In this document: positions 52,290 through 64,000 of the stretch, one piece after another
How the letters are laid out: every line of letters starts with the position of its first letter
Position numbering within the stretch: the stretch's first letter is position 1
NCBI RefSeq assembly: GCF_006345805.1
Contig: NC_043025.1
Coordinates: forward strand, 7,440,001-7,504,000
From: Octopus sinensis
Taxonomy: Eukaryota
Direction: 5' to 3'
DNA length: 64,000 nt
Translations under genes and position numbers: made by a program
Notes under the pieces: generated by a model
Databases searched by the model: none
What the model saw: only the letters and a program-made list of their open reading frames with translations
What the model was told of the DNA's origin: nothing

Positions 52290-53108
52290 GTTATTCATCA
52301 TCATCATCATCATCGTTTAGCGTCCGCTTTCCATGCTAGCATGGGTTGGACGGTTCGACCGGGGATCTGGGAAGCCAGAAGGCTGCACCAGGCTCCAGTC
52401 TTATCTGGCAATGTTTCTACAGCTGGATGCCCTTCCTAACGCCAACCACTCCGTGAGTGTTGTAGTGGGTGCTTTTTACGTGCCACCCGCACAGGTGCCA
52501 CGTGAGGCTGGCAACGGCCATGGTCGGATTGGTGCAATTTACGTGCCACCGGCACGGAAGCCAGTCGAGGCGGCACTGACATCGGCCACGAGTCGGATAG
52601 TGCTTTTTATTTACCACCAGTCCAGAGGTCCTGGCATCTACCGGTGCCAGTCATAGGATTGGTTCAATTCGATTTCGATTTCACTTGCCCCAACATGTCT
52701 TCGCAAGCAAAGGGGGTTGGCACGGGTGCCTGTTGTCGGATGAGGTTCTATATCGACTACGCTTGCCTCAACAGGATATTGTGTCCAAGGGAGGAAAGGC
52801 ATGCATAAGTGGGCTGGGCTCACTTGTCCTGCCTGGTCTTCTCACGTACAGCATATTTCCAAAGGTCTCGGTCGCTGGTCATTTCCTCAGTGAGGCCTAA
52901 AGTTCGAATGTCGTGCTTCACCACCTCGTATCAGGTTTTCCTGGGTCTACCTCTTCCACGGGTTCCCTCAACTGCTAGGGATTGGCACTTTCTCACACAC
53001 CTATCTTCATCCATTCTCACCACATGACCATACCAGCGCAATGGTCTTTCTTGCACACCACATCTGATGCTTCTTAGGTACAACATTTCTCTCAAGGTAC
53101 TAACGCTC

Positions 53109-53110
<2 letters not shown>
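52290..53110 (-). mobile_element. 5'-truncated RTE-clade LINE
   Basis: GRGRPRKT-type C-terminal coding remnant, 3' UTR and (GAT)n tail. Confidence 0.8.
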
Positions 53111-53201
<91 letters not shown>

Positions 53202-53335
53202 AATTATAATTGTTATTGTCATTATTATTATTATTAATTTTATTATTATTATTATTGTTACAGTTATAATTGTTATTATTATTATTATTATCATTATTAT
53301 TATTACAATTATTATTATTATCATTATTCTTTCAG

Positions 53336-53402
53336 AAAATCCAAGTCTGGTCAATCATTCTCTCGACAGTCTGCTGCTGCAGCTAAAAAATCCGACAAGT
53401 GA
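53336..53402 (+). CDS. SUPT7L: SUPT7L putative last coding exon (KSKSGQSFSRQSAAAAKKSDK*)
   Basis: ctttcag acceptor, phase 2, TGA at 53400-53402, followed by unique UTR-like sequence. Confidence 0.7.
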
Positions 53403-53719
53403 ATCCCAAAAGATCCCAGGTTGATAACGGAACGAATGAGCCGACGAATTAACAAGGGATCATCCCTAAGACAATGCCATCCAGATATCGGATTGCAAAG
53501 GAGTAGGGAAATTAGGGATCTCCTGTGAAAGATTTGGTGTGAAGTCCTGTTGTGAAGACAGTGAACAAAAGAAAGAAAGAAAGAAAGGGGAGTGGATCGG
53601 ACAACCACAAGGTATCATTGAAGAAGAAATAAAGAAGGATTTTAGTGAATGGAGAATGAATGAGCATTCCGCTTGGAGAATGACTGAAACCATTCTGTGT
53701 CCATATATGGTGTTTTGGA

Positions 53720-53725
53720 AATAAA
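53720..53725 (+). terminator. Polyadenylation signal AATAAA with downstream GT-rich element
   Basis: ~320 nt after the stop codon; followed by tttgttgttgctgttggtgttg. Confidence 0.6.
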
Positions 53726-55162
53726 AGTATATTTGTTGTTGCTGTTGGTGTTGTTGTTGTTACTTGTGAATTGTTGTTGTGGGGGGGGGGAGTTTTTTTA
53801 ACTTTTTGCCAGCGCCGCCTTGGTTGGCAGCCGTGCCGGTGGCACGTTAAAAGCTCCAACCGATCGTGGACGATGCCGGACCCCCTGGCACCTGTGCCGG
53901 TGGCACATAAAAAGCACCATCCGAACGTGGCCGATGCCAGCGCCGCCTTGGCTGGCTTCCATGCCGGTGGCACGTTAAAAGCTCCAACCGATCGTGGACG
54001 ATGCCGGCTCCCCCTGGCACCTGTGCCGGTGGCACGTAAAAAGCACCCACTACACTCGCGGAGTGGTTGGCGTTAGGAAGGGCATCCAGCTGTAGAAATT
54101 CTGCTAGATCAGACTGGAGCCTAGTGCAGCCCCAGGCTTCCCAGACCCCGGTCGAACCGTCCAACTCGTGCTAGCACGGAAAACGGACGTTAAACGATGA
54201 TGATGATGATGATGTAGAAGGGTCAGGGGTGAGACAGATGGAATGAGTTGATGCAGTTGGACGTTGACGGTTTGGTACAGCCGACTGGACGGTCAACCTG
54301 TTTTAGGTATTTGAAGGAAACACACATACACGGACACATGTACGCATGCGTTTGCAGAAATATACCCATAGGCGCAGGAGTGGCTGTGTGGTAAGTAGCT
54401 TGCTTACCAACCACATGGTTCCGGGTTCAGTCCCACTGCGTGGCATCTTGGGCAAGTGTTTTCTGCTATAGCCCCGGGCCGACCAAAGCCTTGTGAGTGG
54501 ATTTGGTAGACGGAAACTGAAAGAAGCCCGTCATATATATGTATATCCACTCACAAGGCTTTGGTCGGCCCAAGGCTATAGTAGAAGACACTTGCCCAAG
54601 GTGCCACGCAGTGGGACTGAACCCGGAACCATGTGGCTGGTAAATAAACTACTTACCACACAGCCACTCCTGCGCCTATCTGGCCAAATTATTAGCATTT
54701 AAATGCTAAGGGGTCAAACACTTGTCTCTCTCAAGCAGAAAGAATTAGGGAGTCTGTTTATAAGTTCTGGTGTGAAACCCTGCAGAAGGCAGCGAATAAA
54801 GGATCGGTTAGTGAATCATGGGGGAAAATAAAAAAAGAAAACATAAAAAAACGAGGGGTGTATATTCTGGGTGTGCGTTACACACCCATCGAAAAGGGCA
54901 GATTCATTATAAATATTAACCTTACTCATTAATTTGTAGAGGCGCAATGGCCCAGTGGTTAGGGCAGTGGACTCGCGCTCGTAGGATTGCGGTTTCAAAA
55001 CCGGGCATTGCGAGTGTTTATTGAGCGGAAACACCCAAAAGCTCCACGAGGCTCTGGCAGGGGGTGGTGGTGAACCCTGCTGTACTCTTTCACCACAACT
55101 TTCTCTCACTCTTTCTTTCTGTTTCTGTTGTACCAATATTTCAAAGGGGCCAGCCTTGTCAT

Positions 55163-55357
55163 TAACTAACCCTAACCCTAAAATAGATTGAAATGCAATA
55201 GATCGATATTAGGGCCATAATTATGGGTGACATTTTCATTTGACACCGCTAGAAAAAAATCCCATTTTCTGTAGCGGTGTCGTATGAAATTGTCACCCAT
55301 AATTATGGCCCTAGTATTGATCTATTGCATTTCAATCTATTTTAGATTTAGGGTTAG
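55163..55357. repeat. Palindrome with ~95-bp arms and CCCTAA-like outer ends
   Basis: Arms are reverse complements around a ~9-nt loop. Confidence 0.85.
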
Positions 55358-57239
55358 GGGTTGGGGAAAGGTATCTTTTTTTCTTCACAAATGTAAATAA
55401 ACCTAATCTGTTTCTTAAACGAGGGACATATTCATACAGCACGGAATGTTTTCACCCCAAATGGAGGTCAGCGATTGGTTAAAATTGCCGAAATGCTTGA
55501 AATTTCAGACGAAATATCTTACAAACTAGAATTTTCTCAAGAAAGCCAAAATGTTTTATTTTGACACATTCTACCAGTATACGAAGTTTAAAAGTGTTTA
55601 GTTAACTAGAAATTGTGTTGACATGTGCCGCTCAAAAGGAAAAGATCCTCTATCTTATCTATCTATCTATCTACCATTGTGTGTTTGTCGTCACCCATCG
55701 CTTGACAGCCAGTGTTGGTTTGTTCACGTCCCCTTTACATTGTGGTTCGTCAAAAGAGACCGATAGAAGCGGTACCATCTTTAAAAAAAAAACAGACAGC
55801 AGTGGGATTGACTTGTTCAACTTATACCTTCAATATGGTGCTCCAGCATAGCCGCAGTCTAATGACTGAAACAAGTAAATGATAAAAAAGATATCGGCCC
55901 TATCACCTCTCGTCTCGGGTTAAGTAACACTTGTTCAACGATCTCTCTCTCTCTCTCTCTCATTCCCTTACTTTTTCTCTATTGCTCTTTAGTTCCTCCC
56001 CTTCCACGTATATCTCTTACTCTTTCACTATTCCTCAATCCCATCCTCTTTCCCTTCCCCTATTTTCTCCCACTCTCTCGTATTCAATTTATCTTTTCTT
56101 ACTCTGCATCTCTCTTACTCTTTCACTATTTCTAAACTCCTCCCACTCTACCTTTTAATTCATTTTCTCCTCTTCCCTCTACTCTCTTTAACCATCTCCC
56201 TTTCTCTCTTTCCCTTTTTTCTACCTTCGCTTCTCCTCGCTTTCCCCTTTTGCACCTCTCTCGCTTTTCTTTCCTTCGTCTATTCCTCACCTGTGGTAGC
56301 CAGCCAGCCAGCCAGCCGACCAAACAACCAACCACACAAATATGTACTCTCACCACTACCACAAAAAACTAAGCAACCAACGAGGAAGTCCTGTAACTGG
56401 TCTCTCAATCTGCTAGAAATAGCAATCAAATTTCCATCAAACGATACCATACGCTGTGAAAAATGATCGAAATTTTGACAGTACGGTCCTTTATAACTAT
56501 TTCTAAAGCAAGACGGGACGGTCATGGTCGGAACACCTTCCCGTTCAGAGTTAGCCTAGGTTAAACAAGCATAGTAAGTAACCATAGCCAAAACAAAGCC
56601 ATTAACGAACACTCTTCTATATTAAATACGGAAATAAATGGAGGAGACACATTGGATAATGTTGTTCAAAGTCAGATAGAAGAGAAACTAATATGGAGTG
56701 GTCACGGCTGGAGTGCTTTTTTGATTTTAGTCTACTGGATCGGAACTGGCCGTGGGCTAAACAACAATAACAACACACTCACACTAGAACTCGCGCCCAC
56801 AACTAATTCTACACCTCTTACCACTCCCATTGTCCCCCCTCCTTACTATCACTACTTACCGTCACTCTCACTATCACCACTGCACCTCCCTTCTCTCAAC
56901 ACCACAACAGCAACAACACTCAGCTCTCACTACTATTACCACTGTAATACTCACCTCTCACCACTACCATCGCTACTACCGTACTGAGACTTATCCCTAT
57001 CGTCGCCTCCACCTTCACCATTAACGTACTTAAGCTTCCGACGCCACCATCGCCATCATTACTATTAGGCTTAGTTTCACCACCGCCATCACAGAGCTTA
57101 CGCTTCCCCCGCCATCGTCCTCACAGTGACACTGGCTTACCAACCACCACCACCACCACCATGTCCACCACTACCTCCGCCATCTGTATAGAACTTGGAT
57201 CTTTTGAATCTGTTACAGAATTTTTTAATTAATTTTTTT

Positions 57240-58780
57240 AAAACTAACCACTACCACCACCACTGCCATCGTTGTTGAACTAGCCACCGTGACCACCACC
57301 ACCATCATATAAAAAAAAAACTAACCATCGCCACCGCTACCATCATTAAAAACTAACCACCACCACCGCCGACATCGTTTCAGAACTATCCCCCCCACCA
57401 TCATCATTATAGAACTAACCACCACCACCACCACCGCCATCGTTATAGAACTAGCCACCGTGACCACCACCACCGCCATCATAAAGAAACTAACCCACAC
57501 CACCGCCATCGTTATAGAACTATCCCCCCACCATCATCATTATAGAATTATCCAGCACCAGCACCACCGCCATCGTTATAGAACTAGCCACCACCACCAC
57601 CACCATCATTAAAAAACTAACCACCACCGCCGCCATCGTTTTAGAAATATCCCTACACCACCATCATCATTATAGAATCATCCAGCACCAGCACCACCGC
57701 CATCGTTATAGAACTAGCCACCGTGACCACCACCACCACAACCACCATCATTAAAAAGTAATCCCCACCGTTACCATCATTAAAAAACTAACCACCACCG
57801 CCGCCATCGTTTTAGAAATATCCCTACACCACCATCATCATTATAGAATCATCCAGCACCAGCACCACCACCGCCATCGTTATAGAACTAGCCACCGTGA
57901 CCACCACCACCACCACCACCACCACAACCACCATCATTAAAAAGTAATCCCCACCGTTACCATCATTAAAAAACTAACCACCACCGCCGCCATCGTTTTA
58001 GAAATATCCCTACACCACCATCATCATTATAGAATCATCCAGCACCAGCACCACCACCGCCATCGTTATAGAACTAGCCACCGTGACCACCACAACCACC
58101 ATCATTAAAAAGTAATCCCCACCGTTACCATCATTAAAAAACTAACCACCACCACCACCACCACCGCCGCCATCGTTTTAGAAATATCCCTACACCACCA
58201 TCATCATTATAGAATCATCCAGCACCAGCACCACCACCGCCATCGTTAAAGAACTAGCCACCGTGTCCACCACCACCACCACCATCTTAAAAACAAACCA
58301 CCGCCACCACTATCATTATAAAAAGTAATCCCCACCGCTACCACCATTAAAGAACTAACCACCACCACCGCCATCATTATAAAACTATCCCCCACCACCA
58401 TCATCATTATAGAATTATCCAGCACCGACACCACCGCCATCGTTATAGAACTAGCCACCGTGACCACCACCACCATCATCACCATCTTAAAAACTAACCA
58501 CCGCCACCACTATCATTATAAAACTAATCCCCACTGCCACCACCACCACCATCTTAAAAACTAACCACCGCCACCACTATCATTATAAAACTAATCCCCA
58601 CCGCTACCATCATTTTAGAACTAACCACCATCACCACCACCGCCATCGTTATAGAACTAGCCACCGTGTCCACCACCACCACCGCCACCACTATCATTAT
58701 AGAACTAATCCCCACCGCTACCATCATTAAAGAACTAACCACCACCACCACTATTAAACAACAAGCCACCACCGTCACCA
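57240..58780. repeat. ACC-rich compound minisatellite with higher-order units of ~170-190 bp
   Basis: Recurring blocks (ccatcgttatagaactagccaccgtgacc; aaaagtaatccccacc; tttagaaatatccctac) in a fixed order. Confidence 0.85.
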
Positions 58781-59333
58781 CTACCACATCAATATGGATC
58801 GCAGTACTACCGTCACTTCCACCGCTACCAACACGTCTGTAATCCCACCTATACTCCACTCCACTCCACTCCACTCAAACTCCTACCACACTCACTCAGC
58901 TTGTCAGCAGGCAATTCAGTTGGCCAGACCAAGCCAGACGAGAGCAGACGTGATTAGAGCAGCCAGCTAAGAGAGAGAGAGAGAGAGAGAAGAGAAAGAA
59001 AGATAGAGAGACAGAAGGAGAAAGGGAAAAGAAAGATAGAGAGAAAGAAGGAGAAAAGAGACGGAGGAACAACAACAACAACAATTAACAATAATTAATT
59101 AATATATAATCAACATTGCAACGATGACTGCGAGCTGTAAAAATTCGATCTGTGCAGGTATGTATATATATATATATCAACACACAGCTATATAAATAAT
59201 TATATTACTACTACTACTACTACTATTAGTATTATTATTACTGCATGTGATCATTGTATAAACATACATGCATACATAGATGCATGTATATATATATTGT
59301 ATATATATACATATATATATATATATTGATGCA

Positions 59334-59372
<39 letters not shown>

Positions 59373-59394
59373 ATCAAGTGATTTATCTGAGATT

Positions 59395-59426
<32 letters not shown>

Positions 59427-59436
59427 TCTGAGGACT

Positions 59437-59484
<48 letters not shown>

Positions 59485-59861
59485 CTGAGACTTGTATATA
59501 TATATGATGCGGACTTGTATATATATATACATTATGTATAGTATATTATATGTGCATTCATCCATACACTTTATTAAATATACACTCTGTGCAGGTATAT
59601 ATATATAAACACACAGATATAAATAATTTATTAGTATTATTACTATATGTTCTCAATGTATAAACATACATGCATACATAGATGCATGTGTATATATATT
59701 ATATATATATATATATATATAGCAAGTAATTTGATCTGAGATTTGTATATATATATATAAATATATATATGTGTGCATCTACATACACCTTATTAAATAT
59801 ACACTCTGTGCAGGTATGTATATAAACACAGCTTATATCTAAACTAATATGTGCATACGCT

Positions 59862-59911
<50 letters not shown>

Positions 59912-60685
59912 GCCGTATGCAATGTGTATATTATATATATGTGTTTATTTGTTATATACACATTCCCCTTACATTTATATACATATATACAATCTCTAGT
60001 TATATAACACAATCTGCAAGTATGTTAATTAGTCCAAAATATACACCACACCGCTATAGATATATTATATATATATATATAATATATTATATATATGATA
60101 TTGTATGTATATATATGTGTGTGTACGTATATACACCTTAACGATATATAGCCTGTATTTATGTAAACACCTATGTGTATGTATATATATATATATATAT
60201 ACCTTATCGATATATAGTTTATTTATGTAAACACCTTTGTGTGTGTGTCTATACATACACACATTGCTAGCATCTGTACAGGTGTATATATATGTATATA
60301 CACACATTGTAAGCTCGATCTTAAGAATTAACGGTTGGCTCTCCCTGGAATCTCAATGATTTCGAAAGTGAAGGACAAATTGGACATTCCAATAAAACGG
60401 GATGGTCATGATTGAAAGAGCTATCTTATCACAATGACTTGGCACCATCTATCTATATACAGATATATATGCACATACAAGTGTACATTATATACATACA
60501 TACACACATGCATAGATACATACATACTTACATACATATATATATATGTGTGTGTGTGTGTGTGTATTATATATATATATATATATAGATATATATATGT
60601 ATACATATATATATATGTACACACATATATATATGTATACATATACATATATACGTATATATATATATATAGTATACATATATAT

Positions 60686-60721
<36 letters not shown>

Positions 60722-61536
60722 GGAATGTATGTATATTCTACATGCACCATTTCTCCACACGCACTTTTGTATACAGTGAAAGCCGCTTATAATAATCAGG
60801 CATAATGTCATCAAAATCGATTGTCCGTTGGCTATTTTTAGCTTGATGCTCTCAGCCGTCGTTTACCATTATCAAAACAGCAAAAAAAAAATCAAAAGGC
60901 TTCGTCCCGGGGCGATCACATTAAGCGACTTCCACGGATAACCTTTAGCTCTGTTGTGAAAGACACATGACGTGGTGGCAAGACGTGTGAAAAGCGATTG
61001 CCAAATTCCCTCCGAACCACACCCTAACGTGTTCGAATAGCAGGCACGGATTGTGCTGGTTTATTGTGTCCGATGTATATAGTATATAGCTGGATATTAC
61101 GTGTAATGGTTATGAAGATGAGACTATATATAAACACACGTATATATATATGTGTGTGTGTTTGGTGATGCAATTGATCTGTGTGAGTGTAGTATAATAG
61201 ATATATACATGGAGATATATTACATATATGTATATATATGATAATATATCTATCTTATATATATATATAGATATGTATATACGAGTTGTGTTTTTGTGTG
61301 TGTATATATATTTATATATAAATACATTTACACACACATATAGAGAGAATAAACAAAGTGTGTGTATTAATAGCGTATGTATATATACATATATATACAC
61401 ATATATATATATATATATATAATATAATATATATATATATATATATATATAGATATAGAGAGAGAGAGAGAGAGAGAGAGTACTATGTGTATTATATATA
61501 TGGTATACATAATATTATACACAGTGCTATGTGTAT

Positions 61537-61567
<31 letters not shown>

Positions 61568-61641
61568 CTATATATGTATATATACATATATATACAGTGC
61601 TATGTATATATATATACATACATATATACAGTGCTAGTGTA

Positions 61642-61683
<42 letters not shown>

Positions 61684-61949
61684 ATTTGTATATATATATA
61701 TATGTGTGTGTGTATGTATGTATGAGTTTTGACTGTGGTCATGCTAGGGCGTTGCCCTCCTTGCCCTGTGCATATCAATCTGGTTCTTCTTTATCCACCT
61801 CTGCTTATGCAACCGTCAAATCACAGGACCATTAGTAAACAAAATCTACACACAAACGTACATATACACACACACGCATGTGTATACGACTAAGGTCAAG
61901 GACAAACTGTTTCTCTGAGTGTATATACGTACATACATATGCGTGTTTA

Positions 61950-62363
61950 TGTATGTATATATTAAAATGTGTGTATATGTTTATATATATATGTATATAT
62001 ATATGTATATATATATATATGTATATATATATATGTATATATATATGTATATATATATATGTATATATATATGTGTATATATATATGTATATATATATAT
62101 ATGTATGTATATATGTATATATATATATATGTATGTATATATGTATATATATATGTATGTATATATGTATGTATATATATATGTATATATATGTATGTAT
62201 ATATATATATATGTATGTATATATATGTATATATATATATGTATGTATATATGTATGTATATATGTATGTATATATATATGTATGTATATATGTATGTAT
62301 ATATATATGTATGTATATATGTATGTATATATGTATGTATATATATATGTATGTATATATGTG

Positions 62364-62395
<32 letters not shown>

Positions 62396-63152
62396 TGTAT
62401 GTATATGTGTGTATACATATAGTATGTGTGTATGTATATGTGTGTGTGTGTGTGTATGCCTCTCTTCTGTTTGTTGTTGAGGCGCAATGTGTATCTAGGA
62501 GTACATCATCCAATGTGCTCTTCCTCTTCCAAACAGGCTGTAATTTCCAGAAGTGACGTGGCTGCTATTTCCAGCCGCTCGTGTGACCACTACGAAATGA
62601 CCCTTCTAGTTTGCCATTGTTTTTGTTTAGCCCCCCCCTCCCTCCCCCCAGGCCGTCTGTGATCACGAGACAATCCATCCGTGACCGCCTCGTCTCATAA
62701 GTCTTTATATATCGGAACCAAGTGCATTATTTTATATAATAAGTTTAACCTCTATCTGGTTGCATGACATGCTAGAAATAACAGGGAGAATCCCTAATTT
62801 ATCTTGTCGTAGTTGTTGTCTGTTGTCGCTGGTGGTGGTCATGGTAGGTGTGTGCATGCATGGAAAGAGTATTATCGATGAGGACAGTATCAAAACTGTC
62901 CACTGTGCATATATTATGTATATATACATCATTATCACCGTGGTCGTATTAAACATATGTATATATACGTATATATAACATGTATGTATATGAAAACGTG
63001 TGTATATGTTTATATGTGAATTTACGTATGTATATAGATATGTATATATATGTGTGTGTGTACAAATGCATATATTAGATATATACAGCTGTACTGATAT
63101 TTGTGTATACACACAAACATATACATACATACATACACACACACATATATAC

Positions 63153-63183
<31 letters not shown>

Positions 63184-63206
63184 TATATATATACACACAC
63201 ACACAC

Positions 63207-63237
<31 letters not shown>

Positions 63238-63744
63238 TATATATACACACACACACACAATATATATATATACACACACACACACATATATATATACACA
63301 CACATATATATACTCACACACATATACATATATATACACACACACATACATATATATACACACACATATATATATACACACACATATATATATATATATA
63401 CACACATATATATATATATATACACACACATATATATATATATATAACACACATATATATATATATACACACACACACATATACACACACACACATATAT
63501 ACACACACATATATATATATACACACACACATATACGTATGTATGGATGAATGTGCAGTCGGATTGAGCTAGGTGATGGGTGTATATGTATCAGGTGTAG
63601 AGAAAATCGGTTAAAATATTCACCAAGGCCAAACGAAGTTTTGTAATGAAGAAGATGGCTATAACGCCATTTCTCCTATCGTCTGCCTCTTCCAAATTAC
63701 ACACTCGCACACACACGCATACATTATATGCATATATATGCATG

Positions 63745-63793
<49 letters not shown>

Positions 63794-63990
63794 GTGTGTG
63801 TTTGTATGTAAGTATGTAGTCACGTCTGTGAACATATACCCTACATATGTTTGTGTGTGTGTATACACACGCACATAATATATTATATGTATATATATAT
63901 ATATATGTATGTATAATATATGTATATATATGTATATATATATATGTATATATATATATATTATATATGTATATAATGTATGTATATAAG
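61950..63990. repeat. TA/TG/CA compound microsatellite fields
   Basis: Direct reading; the source of the spurious Y/I/M/C/V ORFs. Confidence 0.9.
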
Positions 63991-64000
63991 TATGTATTAT

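Noticed and set aside
59177-63874. Numerous Y/I/H/T/M/C/V-rich ORFs
   Set aside because: Dinucleotide microsatellite translations.

Overview
Eukaryotic, very repeat-rich window. The SINE/LINE families and microsatellite load suggest a cephalopod (Octopus); this is inferred, not searched. The main gene is SUPT7L (STAF65gamma, SAGA subunit Spt7-like) on the + strand: a probable non-coding first exon ending at 9989, start codon at 12250, and phase-consistent coding exons to a stop at 53400-53402 with AATAAA at 53720. After the conserved core come three homologous phase-2/phase-2 exons (26797-27105, 39241-39987, 49960-50109). Each begins with an acidic-aromatic motif and ends with a basic motif, so they look like a tandemly duplicated, frame-neutral C-terminal cassette array (760 aa with all, 440 aa by read-through of the first, 358 aa with none). 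The introns hold a ~365-bp-arm foldback carrying two type I hammerhead ribozyme motifs, a family of core-variant minimal hammerheads, a tandem SINE array, CR1, RTE and Tc1 remnants, and several MITEs. Upstream lie an RT-deleted CRE-like retrotransposon, a Helitron containing a copy of nearby DNA, Merlin-type MITEs and exons of an unidentified gene. Most listed ORFs are microsatellite or repeat artefacts. Family and protein assignments come from motif recognition from memory; no database search was run.
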